Shown: in pieces, positions 24,790 through 36,533 of the stretch
How positions within the stretch are numbered: position 1 is the first letter of the stretch
Layout of the letters: each line of letters begins with the position of its first letter
DNA from: Azolla caroliniana
Taxonomy: Eukaryota; Plantae; Polypodiophyta
Assembly: GCA_043228905.1 (NCBI GenBank)
Contig: JBHGNT010000002.1
Coordinates: forward strand, 7,812,001 to 7,876,000
Length of the DNA: 64,000 nt
Reading direction: 5' to 3'
Program-made: the position numbers and the translations under genes
The notes under the pieces: model-generated
The model's database searches: none
What the model saw: only the letters and a program-made list of their open reading frames with translations
What the model was told of the DNA's origin: nothing

Positions 24790-27700
24790 TGTTGAGAGAC
24801 AAGCTCAACATCGGCCGGATCGGCTGAAGAAGCTGAGGACCGGATCGGTTGGGACCGATCGGTTAGGCCGAATGCGTAAACCGGTATGCAGACAGGTGCG
24901 TAGGTAGAGCCGGATTGGTGCGTAAACCAGGAGGCCGTTAGGAAAGATATTCCGTGAGGAATATATTTGGGAGTTAGTGTAGGAGCTCTTAATGAGCATT
25001 GCAGTACTGTCAGTACTTCGGTCAGTCCTTCTAGGACTTGTATAAAAGTGTTCATTGAGCACACATATGTATAGAGTGTGGTGAATAGAGATTTAGTACT
25101 GTTGTTGAATATAGTTCTTGTTTTTCTCTCTCTCACTCTCTCTGTCTCTCCTGCGTATATTGCGTAAGCTCAAGCTCTCCATTAAACCTGAGTTTTCTTC
25201 CTTCTGTTCCATGTTCATACTTGCTTCCGCACGTTACTTTTTACATGGTATCAGAGCGCGAGGGTTGAGAACCTTTCTGCAGCCGACATAGCTTGACGAA
25301 GAAGAACAAGAAGAACGATGGATAGAGGCATGGCGAGCTCCCTTCCAATAGAGAATCTTGACAGAACCAACTACGCATCTTGGTCCTACAAGATGCACCA
25401 GTACCTGCTCGGGCATGGCTACTGGAGTTATGTCGAAGGAGCTAATGATGCGGCACCCGAATCGACACACAGAGACTTCCCGTTGTGGGAGCAATCGGCG
25501 AGCAGGGTATTATACTGCTTCGCGTCATGTGTGGGCGAACAACTATTGAGCTATGTTCGGGATGCAAAGATGCCGAAGGGTGTGTGGGAAAACCTGAAGA
25601 AGATTTTCGCCGCGAGCACCATAGCCAGGAAGCTTCAGCTCCGACAGGAGTTGAGCAACCTACGACAACGCGACTTGTCGGTGGCGGACTATAGCTCGAA
25701 GATCAAGGATATCTGCGACTCCCTCGCCTCCATAGAGGTGAACATCGAGGAGAGCGAGATGGTCCAGATCTGTCTCGGAGGTTTGGCGTCGAAGTTCGGA
25801 GCGTTCCGAAAGGATGTGTGTACCCGGGAGAATACGTTGTCCTTTTTCGACTTACAGTCAATGCTCCTGGTAGAGGAGAACCACGCGGGTGCCTCTACAA
25901 GCACGCACACCGACAGCAGAATGTTGTACACGGAGGGAGATAGGCCCCGTGGATGTGGAGGACGAGGCGAGTCAGCGTGCAATGGAGGCGGCCGATGAGA
26001 TCAAGGAAGAAGGCACCAAAGTGATGCCGACAGCAACTCCGAACCCTCCGGAAACAGGGGGAGTCGAAGCGATGAGAACCGGCAAGGGAAGGCCATCACG
26101 GAGTATTGGTACTGTGGCAAGAAAGGCCACAGGGAAAGTGAGTGCTGGAAGAAGCGTGCCGATTCGGAGAGAACCGGTTCCGGAAACGGCTCCGGACATA
26201 CCGACAAGGGAAATCAGCAGCGATCGCACTACGCCGAAGACTCCGGGAGAGCCGGAGAAGGGTCTGCCTTCGTGACGAGACATGAAGCAAACTCAATGAA
26301 ACGGACCACCCCGAGATCGGACGAGGTGTGGTACGTAGACTCCGGCGCGTCAAACCACATGACGAGCCATAAGGAGTGGTTCTTGTACCTTGAAAAACCG
26401 ATACAACCTGGAGTAGTCGCAACTGGAGACGACACTCCGCATCTGATCGCGAATGTCGGAGAAGTTTTCCTTAGCCATGTCGGGCAGAAAGGCAAACTCA
26501 TGAACGTACTGCACGTTCCGACAATCACGAAGAACCTGGTCTCGGTCAGACAGATCGTCGACCAAGGGATGGAGGTTCGGTTTACACACCTCGGGTGCTT
26601 CATTGAGGAAGAAGGTCGTGTGATTGCGCAAGGGCGCAGAGACGGGAGGATGTTCATCTTCGATTCCACTGACGGTGGCACCGCAATGTTCGCAAAGGGA
26701 CAAAAATCCGAGTTGGACATCGACTTGTGGCACAAACGGATAGGCCACGTCCACTACCAACGGCTTCAAGATCTGCAATCGAAACAGGTAGTGTTCGGAT
26801 TGCCCAAATTTAGTGGCCGAAAGGCACAAATTTGTGAAGCCTGCCAGCTCGAGAAGCAACACAAACTTCCTTTCCCCAACGAGCGAAACTAGAGCCGGAA
26901 CAAGCTCGACCTTATACACTCCGATGTATGGGGGCCGACACAAAACATTAGTCTTGGCGGGAGCCAATATTTCGTCTTCTTCATCGACGACCACACGCGG
27001 CACACGTGGATCTACCTCATTGAGAGGAAGAGCGAAGTCTTCGACTGTTTCCCGAACCTCAAAGGGTTCGTGGAATAGAAAACGGGACGAAGGATCAAGT
27101 GATTGCGGTCGGATGGCGGGAAAGAGTACTTTTCTAGTCAATTCAACGGTTATCTACAACAAATGGGAATTCGGCGCGAATTTAGTTGTAGATACACGCC
27201 GGAGCAGAACGGCATGGCCGAGAGGAAGAATCGGTCAGTTGTGGAAGCGGCACGGGCAATGCTGGAGGAGAAGAGCTTGCCCAAGTTTTACTGGGCCGAG
27301 GCGGTAAGGACCGCGGTATACATCCAGAACCGGATCGGAGACAAAGTGTCAGCGCACGAGCTATATTTCGGAACGAAGCCGAACTTGCGACACTTGAGGG
27401 TGTTCGGTAGCATTGCGTATGTGCATGTACCGAAGGAGAAAAGGAGGAAGCTAGACGCAAAGGCCGAGAAATGCATCTTGGTCGATTACTCGGACGAGCA
27501 GAAGGGTTATAAGTGCTATAACCCTCACACCAAACAAGCGTGTGTTAGCCGCGACGTTGTGATTGACAAGTCCGCGTCCTGGTACCAGCCCCCGACTCCG
27601 AACCCCGACTCCAATCCGAGTTCTGACGATGAGGTCATCGAGGCCGAGATGCCTCCGGATGAGCCCGAAATCGAGACCCGCGAAGAGAGTCCGATTTCTC

Positions 27701-30277
27701 TCCGTTTAACTGGACCGATTGGACGACTGAGTCGGTACGATCAGTTCGATGAAAAGCCGGCGAGTAGTGGAGACTCGGCTATGCATTCCCCGCGCCGGAA
27801 GCCGAGGAGACGGTTTACGCGCAAAGAGAAAGGGAAGAAGAAGGTGTCGGATTCCAGCACGGATAGGAACGAGTCAGACCGACGTGAGTTCGACTCCGAG
27901 GGAACCGGTGACGGGTCTTTAAAGGTGAAGTCCGCGTCGACCGAGAAGGCCTTGACATCGGCTAATGTGAGATTACGCCGATCTCCCCACCAGAAGAATC
28001 CTGTTTTGCGGTTCGGATACAACGAGTACATGGCGCATCACTATGCGTACATGACCCGTATAGCGGAAGTGCGTGAGCCGGAGAGCTACGCAAAAGCGGC
28101 GAAGGACGCGAATTGGCGCGCCGCAATGGAGGAAGAGATGCACGCATTGGCGGAAAACGAGACCTGGGATCTGGTTGACGCACCGAAGGGTGTGAAGCCA
28201 ATCGGATGTAGGTGGGTGTACAAGGTCAAGTACAACACCGACGGCTCGGTCAACCGATACAAGGCCCGGTTAGTGGCAAAAGGTTACGCGCAGAAACACG
28301 GCATCGACTACGATGAGACGTTTGCGTCGGTCGCGAAAATGACGACCGTCCGTGTTTTGCTCGCAGTAGCTGCGGTGAAGGGGTGGCACTTACATCAGAT
28401 GGATGTAAAGAATGCGTTCCTGCAAGGTGACCTTGAGGAACAGGTGTACATGGTACAACCCCCCGGATTTCACTCTGGAACGAACTCCTCGGCAGTATGC
28501 CGACTGAAGAAGTCCCTTTATGGACTGAAGCAAGCCCCGCGTGCCTGGAACGCGAAGATCACGCAACAACTGCGTCGGATGGGCTTCGTCACGTCAAAAT
28601 CGGACTCTTCCCTGTTCATCCAGAAAGGTCAACTCGGACTGGTTAGTATTTTACTATATGTTGATGACTTGGTCATCACCGGCGCCAACCTAGGTGAAAT
28701 CGACCGCGTGAAGCTCCAGCTTGCGGCATTGTTCGACATGAAGGATCTGGGGGACCTTCATTACTTCCTCGGGATCGAAGTGATCCGTACCCCCGAAGGC
28801 ATATTGATCAGCCAACGTCATTACGTGCTGAGTATGCTCTTCAATTTAGGGATGGCCGACTGTAAGTCCGTCTCGACTGCTCTGGACAGAACCGTCAAGC
28901 TTCGTCCCGATACAGGAAAGGTATTTGACCCGACGAGGTTCCGACAAATTGTCGGAAGCCTCATATACTTGACCATCACCCGGCCCGACCTCAGTTATCC
29001 GGTCGGAGTGATCAGTCAGTTCATGGCTACTTAGGGACCTGCAAGAGGAGGTGTCAGATCCGACGACGATCTACTGCGACAACCTCAGCAGAATCCAGCT
29101 CGCGAAAAACCCTGTTTTCCACGCACGGACCAAGCACATTGAGGTGCACTAGCATTTCGTCCGTGAACGTGTCGTTTCCGGTGAAGTCGAACTGCAGTAC
29201 GTTGCGATGGATCGACATACTGCCGACATCTTCACCAAGCCTCTTGGTCTGGACAAGTTGCGGCAATTCTCAGGTGCACTCGGATTGCGTCACCTCGACG
29301 GGGGAGAACAGTCCCGAACAACCAAGCAAGGCAGCAGGAAAGGAGTGGAAACCGTGACACCAGGTCGGTTGACTCGTTTGTCGAGTTCGACTTCGGATCG
29401 GCTGAAGAAGCCGAGGGCGGACCCGCGGAAAAGTCCGAAAGAGGACAGAAGGGGAGCAGCCGAAGGAGAGAGCAGAAGCCAACCACGCATGGGGAAGATG
29501 ATGCCATCAAGGGCGAGAAGACTGAAGACGAGTTGGAGACAGCCAACTCGGACGAGAGCAAAAACCGATCGGAGGTAGCCGAATCGGTTCGGATGTTTGA
29601 TTCAGATACGCTGAATCAACCGAGGCCCAAGCGGAAGAAAAGGCAGTAGGAGAAGCATCAACACCACAACAGCAGAAGAGCTGATAAGGGCCACATGAGC
29701 AGACAAGCCAACCGCGCAGAGTCGAACAAGTCGTGGAGCGCGAGCGAGGCGTGAAGCCAGGTGGAACCGGAGCTGTGAGCCCAAAGATCTCGAAGAGCCT
29801 CAAGTTGAGCTTGAGGGGGAGTGTTGAGAGACAAGCTCAACATCGGCCGGATCAGGTGAAGAAGCCGAGGACCGGATCGGTTGGGACCGATCGGTTAGGC
29901 CGAATGCGTAAACCGGTACGCAGACCGGTGCGTAGGTAGAGCTGGATTGGTGCGTAAACCGGGAGGCCGTTAGGAAAGATATTCCATGAGGAATATATTT
30001 GGGAGTTAGTGTAGGAGCTCTTAATGAGCATTGAAGTACTGTCAGTACTTCGGTCAGTCCTTCTAGGACTTGTATAAAAGTGTTCATTGAACACACATAT
30101 GTATAGAGTGTGGTGAATAGAGATTTAGTACTGTTGTTGAATATAGTTCTTATTTTTCTCTCTCTCACTCTCTCTGTCTCTCCCGCGTATACTATGTAAG
30201 CTCAAGCTCTCCATTAAACCTGAGTTTTCTTCCTTCTGTTCTGTCTTCATACTTGCTTCCGCACGTTACTTTTTACA
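24790..30277 (+). mobile_element. Structurally complete Ty1/copia element C3
   Basis: 456-bp LTRs 24790-25245 and 29822-30277 (about 18 mismatches by eye). TSD AAATC, PBS TGGTATCAGAGC (tRNA-iMet) at 25246-25257, PPT 29813-29821. Confidence 0.97.
25318..29827 (+). pseudogene. gag-pol: C3 gag-pol with premature stops and a deletion across the RT/RNase H junction (about 29030)
   Basis: Gag (25318-25998), CCHC knuckle, protease WYVDSGASNHM, integrase (RSDGGKEY, EQNGMAER), RT (HQMDVKNAFL, YVDDL). Confidence 0.93.
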
Positions 30278-32315
30278 AAATCGTTATATCTCCCTCGTCC
30301 GAGCTCCATATTTAGAGCTTTAAAAAGCTATAGATAGCTCTCTTCATAAGTTTCCTAACCCATATTTGCACATTATATTTGGATTCCAAAAGAATGAGTT
30401 ATGAGCATTTGGTTCAGACTGTATTTGGTGGCTCGCTTTTTTCTTCTTTTACTTTTCTCCATGTGTCTTGCTTTTTGTTTGACTTATCCTCAAGAACTTG
30501 GTTTGTGTTCTTGACCTCTGGATGTGAATGCTCCATACCTTATATTGTTGTTGTGTTCAATACTTTGAATTCTAAAAACACTTTCATAGCTACCAAAGTG
30601 AAGGTCTCATCGTAGTCAATTCCATGGGTCTGTCCATATCCCTTTGCCACTAAGCCTTGTAGTTGTTGACCGAACCGTCAACATTGTACTTTACCTTATA
30701 CACCCTATTGCAACTGATCGGCTTGGAATGTTGGGGAGGATCAACCAGGTTCCATGTGTCGTTGGGATCGAGTGCCTGCATTTCTTCCTCAATAGCTGCA
30801 CTACAGTGTGTGTCTTGTGCCGCTTCTCCGTAGCTCTCCGGCTCACATACTTCCACCACCTTGGTCATGTACCCATAGTGATGCGCCATGTACTCATTAT
30901 ATCCATACCTCTTTACGGGGTTCCTTTGGCGGGTTGATTGGTGTAACTTCTCGTTAGCCGATTTGAGGGCCCTCTTGGTTGGCTTGGACTTCGTTTTTGA
31001 AGGTCCGTCTTCATCATTTCCGGAGTCAGGTTCACTCCGATCTGACTCTTCCTTGCCGGTGTCGAATTCCGACATCTTTTTCTTCCCCTTCTCCTTGCAC
31101 GTGAACCGTCTCCTCAGTTCCTTGCACGGGGAAAGCACGACAAAGTCTCCACTACTCGCCAACTCGTCGTCCGATTGTTCATTCCGACTCAGTCGGTCAT
31201 TCGGCCCACTTAGCCCAAATGAGATCAGACTCTCATCTAGAGTATTGAACTCTTGTTCATCTACCTGGGGCTCTTCAGGCTCACTAGCCTCATCTTCCGG
31301 AATTGGGTCGGAGTCGGGAGTCGGGAGTCGGAGTTGGTAGAGTATACCAGGATGCCCATTCATCGAACTCCACATATCGACTTACGCAGACTGTCTTCGT
31401 CTAGGGGTTATAGCACTTATACCCCTTCTGCTCATGAGAGTAGCAGACTAGTATTTATTTCTCCGACTTTGGGTCCAGCTTTCTCTGTTTCTCATTCGGT
31501 ACATGCACATATGCTATGCTACTGAATATCCAAAGGTGCCTTAAATTCGGCCTTCACCCAAAATATAGCTCGTGTGCTGACACCTTGTCTCCAATCCGGT
31601 TTTGAATGTAGACGGCTATCCTACCCGCCTCCGCCCAGTAGAATTTGGTCATGCTTTTCTGCTCAAGCATTGCCCTTGCCGCATCGACAATCAACCGGTT
31701 CTTCCTCTCAACCACACCATTTTGTTCCAATGTGTACCCCCAGCTAAATTCTCTCCGAATTCCTTTCTTTTGCAGATAACTGTTGAATTGGCCAGAAAAA
31801 TATTATTTTCTGTCATTCGACTACAAGCACTTGATCTTCCTCTCCGTTTCCCGTTCGACAAGACTTTGTAGGTTCCGGACAATCGAAGACTTCACTTTTC
31901 TTCTCGATGAGGTAGATCCACATGTGCCGGCTATAGTCGTCAATGAAGGAGACAAAATATCTGCTCCCACCAAGACTAACGTTCTGAGCCGGTCCCCATA
32001 CATCTGAATGTATTAGGTCGATCTTGTTACAGCTTCGGTTTCTTTCGGTGGGGAATGGAAGTCGGTTCCCAAGGTGGCAGGCTTCACAAATTTGGACCTT
32101 CTGACCACTCAATTGCGGCAATCCAAAAACAACATGTTTCTATTACAGGGCTCGAAGCCTCTGATAGTTGACGTGGCCGATCCGCTTGTGCCTAAGATTG
32201 ATGTCAAACTCAATCTTCTGCCCTTTGGCAAACAAGGCGGTGCCGAGGTCGTTGGTGTCGAGGAAGAACATCCTCCTGTCCTAGCGCCCTTGCACAATTA
32301 TTTGGCCTTCTTCCA

Positions 32316-33380
32316 TATTAATAGACTATATAATGTCTTACACGAGGAGTGCAGGCACGATACTTCTTTGGCTGCGATTAGTGTTATTTGGTTAACTATC
32401 TAAGGATTTAGGGTTTGGGTTTGAGGGTTTCGGGTATATGGGTTAACTGAGGGTTAACGGTTAACTGAGGTCTTTGGGTTTTTGGATTAAATATCTTAAG
32501 GTAGAGAGAGAGGAAAAAGAAATGATTTAGAGAGGGAGAAAGGTAAAGGTAGAGAGAGAAAGAGAAAGGGAGGGAAGGAGGAGATAGAGATAGAGATAGA
32601 GAAAGGGAAAGTTAAGAGAGAAGAAATGTGAAGGTAGAGAGGGAGAAGATAGGGGGGGATTCTCACGTGGTAAATATAGGGAGATAAAACTTGTGGTTTT
32701 AAAAATAAAACTAAAGAGAGGAGTTAGTGTGGATCTATAGTAATGTTTTTTGTGTTGACTAGTGAAGACTGTAGATTTTTAGATTTAGTCCAACAAATTA
32801 TTGGTTTGGGGATGTGTTGTAGTAGAGGATCTTCTTGGAGGTTTAAGTGTAGGCTAGTAAGGGTTTCTTTTATTCCTAGATTAGGGGCTTGGTGTGTGAA
32901 TTTTTGTTTAAAGATTATGGGTGTGGGGGTTTGGTTAATGGTTTTGTTTGAGAGGAGAGTTGGTCTAAGGGAATAGGGGTGTTTTTTTAATATATTGAGG
33001 ATAAAGTGTGTAGGGTATCCTCGTGCTCGTAGTTTATTAAAAAATAGTTGTTGCATTTTTAAATAACCTTGGGCTGTACTTTCTCTAATAATGTATCTTT
33101 TAAGTTCGTTCGAGAGGAAGCTTGTTTTGACGTGGATAGGATGTGTCGAGGTGAAGGGTATATATTGGTAAGTATTGAGTTCTTTTTGAAAACAATTAAA
33201 GATGAAATTATTATTAGCGAAGTTTATCTAAAGGTCGAGAAAAGGAAGTTTAGTGAGAGTGGTTTGGATGGTTAGTTTAATGGAGTTTTGAGTGGTAATA
33301 CTATAGAAATTTAGGTAGTCTAAGAGTTGTGTTTTCATACCGGTCCATACTCCAAAGACATCGTCAATATATCTCGTCCA
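32316..33380 (-). mobile_element. 5'-truncated Penelope-like retroelement (RT palm/thumb, no C-terminal endonuclease)
   Basis: One frame with a single internal stop: WTRYIDDVFGVW...LPFLDL*...FQKELNTYQYIPFTSTHPIHVKTSFLSNELKRYII...FFNKLRARGYP...PIICWTKSKNL, stop at 32724. 25-bp TSD at 32291-32315 / 33381-33405. Confidence 0.88.
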
Positions 33381-35839
33381 TGCACAATTATTTGGCCTTC
33401 TTCCACTATGAAGCACCAAGGTGCATAAACCGCACATGCATTCCCTGGTCGACGATGTACCCGACCGACACCAGGTTCTTTGTGATTGTCGGAACATGTA
33501 GTACGTTCATCAGCTTTCTCTTTTGTCCGACATGGCTTAAGGGAACTTCTTCAACATGCACAATTGAGTGAGGAGTGTCATCTCCGGTTTCGACAACTCC
33601 CGGTTACTCTGGCTTTTCCAATAACAGGAACCACTCTTCGTGGCTCGTCATGTGGTTAGATGCTCCGGAATCAACATACCATACTTCCTTTTATTTGGAG
33701 GTGGTCTTCTTCATCGAGTTAGCCTTGTGCTTCATCACAAAGGCTGACCCTTTTTCAGTCTTCCTGGTTCCGGATCCTTCCAATCCTTCAGCGTAGTGCG
33801 AGCTTCGCCAGTTTCCCTATTTAGCCTTGCCGGATCCAGATTTATCCGAATCGGTGCACTTCTTCCAACATTCACTCCCTCGATGGCCTTTCGTGCTGCA
33901 ATACCAACATTCCGTTTCGGTCTTTGATTTCCGGTTTTCGGCGCCGCTTTGACTCCCCCTGCTTGTGGAGGGTCCAAAATTGCTGTCACCACTTTATCTG
34001 TGCCTCTGATTCTGCTCTTGTCGGCCACCTCCATTGCGTGCCGACCCACCTCGTCCTCCACATCCACGAGGCTGATTTGCCTTCGTGTACCGCATCCGGT
34101 TGTTCGATTGAGTGGTCCTTGACCCACTCGCGTGATTTTCTTTGACCATCAGCATTGATTGCAGGTGGAAGAAGGACAATGGCTTCTCCTTGGTGCAAAT
34201 TGTTGTCTAGATTGGCTCGTACTATTGTGCTAGACCACCAAGGCAAATTTGGACCATCTTGTCTTAGCCCACCATCATGTTGATGGAACCGAGCGTGTCA
34301 CAAATCCCCTTGATCTTGGTGGTGTAGTCGGAAACTGACACATCCCGTTGCCGGATATTGTTGAGCTCTTCCAAGAGCTGCAACTTCCGAGTCGTGGTAC
34401 TTGCGGCAAAAATCTTTCTGAGATTTACCTACGCCTCCTTCAGGGATTTTGCATCTCTGATATAGCCAACCATTTGGTCATGCACACAGGACCAAGGCAG
34501 TACAACACCCTGCTCACTCCTTGCTGCCAGACCGAGAAGTCCTTGTGTGCCGAATCCGGCGCTGCTTCATTTGCTCCTTCCACTTATCTCTAGTATCCGT
34601 ACCCTAGTAGGTACTAGTGCATTTTATACGACCAGGATGCATAGTTGTTCCTGTCGAGTTTTTCTATCTGAACCGAACTCGCCATGCTTTTGTCCATCCT
34701 TGTCTTCTTTCTTCTGTTCTTTTTTGGATATTAGGGTTGTCTTCGAATGCGTTAGTTGGCTACAAAGGTTCTCCACCCTTGCATTCTCATACCATGTAAA
34801 GAATAGCGTGCGAAAGCTTGTAGACAAACTGGCTTAGCCGGATTACACCAATAAAACAAAGAATGAAGGTTTAATGGAAGCTTAAGAACAAAGAATACAC
34901 AGGAGGGATAGAGAGAGCAGAAAACTTAAACTTAATTCAAAATAATAATAATCTGTACATAGAATGTGCTTAGAGAGCACTTTTATACAAGTCCATGAAA
35001 GGACTGACAGAAGTACTGACAAGTACTTCAATGCTCATACGAGCGACTGACACTGACTCCTAAACATATGCCTATGTACTAGGCTAGATTTGTAAGCCTC
35101 TAATGGCCTACCAGTTATAATCCAATCCAGTGTTGCGAAATAACGACGAGGACACGTGAACTTTGAGGCAAGACCCCAAGGCCTCCGACCGGAAGATATC
35201 AAATTCGTATGCTTATATTAAACAATTAATGGAAAATGAGAAAGATTGACAAATTTCATTAATAAATAGAAAAGAAAAATTACAATCAATCCCAAGATTT
35301 GGATTACAAAAGTTTTATCTTAAGGAGATTACTAGAATAATAGATTAGAAGAAACTAAGATATGGATTCAATAGAGATTTAGGGTTCTTTGGCTTTTCTA
35401 AGAGATTATGGTTTATGAGTTCAATAGCTTCCATATGGAAAATTAGGGTTTTTGGCTTCAATAAGATACAGGAGCTCAGAAGGAAAAAAGAAAAAAAAAT
35501 TAAGATAATATGGAGAGAGCATGAGTGTAGGAAAAAAATGGAATTTTATATGGAGTTCTCCCTTGATCATCTACATGTCCACTTTTTGTTGCATGGCCTC
35601 TACTTTTAGTTACATCTTTTTTAGTTACATCTTTTTTAGCTTTCTCTTTTAGTTACATCTTTTTTTAGTTGCATGGCTTTTTCTTTTAGTTGCATGCGAC
35701 CGTCCACATGACCTTTACTTTAGTTTTCTTCACTTCCATTTAATTAGCCACATGATCCTATCATCTGTTCGGTTTACGTCCAGCCTTGTCCGGTCACCGA
35801 TTCCGTCTGATCGCCGATTGTCGCCGCCTCACCAGCTCT

Positions 35840-36150
35840 GCCGCCGGTTCCGGTTTGCTTACCGACCGATTCCGGGTTTTGCTTACCGGTCGGGTCCGGT
35901 TTCACTTACCAGTCTAGGTCCGGTTTTGCTTACCGATTTTGCTTACTGACCGGTTTCAGTTTTGCTTACCGGTCGGGTCCGGTTTCACTTACCAATCTAG
36001 GTCCGGTTTTGCTTACCGATTTTGCTTACTGACCGGTTTCAATTTTTCTTACCGACCAGTTTCCGGTTTTGCTTACCAGTCGGGTCCGGATCTGGTTTTG
36101 CTTACTGGTCTGGGTTCCGGTTTTGCTTACCGGCAGGTTTCCAGTTTTTG
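35840..36150. repeat. About 20-bp minisatellite (CCGGTTTTGCTTACC core) in the G4 LTR; shorter array at 42860-43010
   Basis: Many GGTTTTGCTTACC(G/A)G units. Copy-number difference accounts for most of the 1336 vs 1145 bp LTR length difference. Confidence 0.88.
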
Positions 36151-36533
36151 GGAACTTAGCCACCATGATCCATCAAGACAAAGTGGCGAAAGAGCTCTTA
36201 CCACAAATGAAAATGAGGGGTCTCAAAGTGCTTATATAGCCAGGGCCTTAAGTTTCCTATCTATGTGGGATACTTCAAAATTCTATTTTCCCTATCTTCT
36301 CAAGCTTTATCTCCACCTAAGTTGATATGTAGTTGTCTATTTTGTATGTAATAAAATACGTTTTGAAGCTCTTGAGTACATCCATATTCCTATAACAAGC
36401 TACTAATCTACTCTAAAATAATTGTTTCATTCTTTTCTTAAATAGTGTGTGAAGATTCACATGACATTTGCCCCCACCAAACCTGCACATCCACCGGTAT
36501 TTGTCAATTTCGGTGAAGCTTGACTTTTATTTA

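Larger units (their letters stand above)
24456..30588 (-). mobile_element. Solo LTR (about 640 bp; 24456-24789 + 30283-30588) related to G5 LTRs, split by C3
   Basis: 5-bp TSD GCTAC (24451-24455 / 30589-30593); both termini mutated. Shares ATCTCCCTC.TCCGA, AAAAGCTATAGA and TTTGAATTC.AAAAACACTTTCA with the G5 LTRs. Confidence 0.82.

Noticed and set aside
32316-33380. LINE or organellar group II intron maturase
   Set aside because: The thumb motifs (YIP..S.HP, L.ARGYP) are PLE-type. There is no poly(A) tail, no LINE zinc-finger or RNase H C-terminus, and no domain V/VI intron structure or hammerhead core that I could see.
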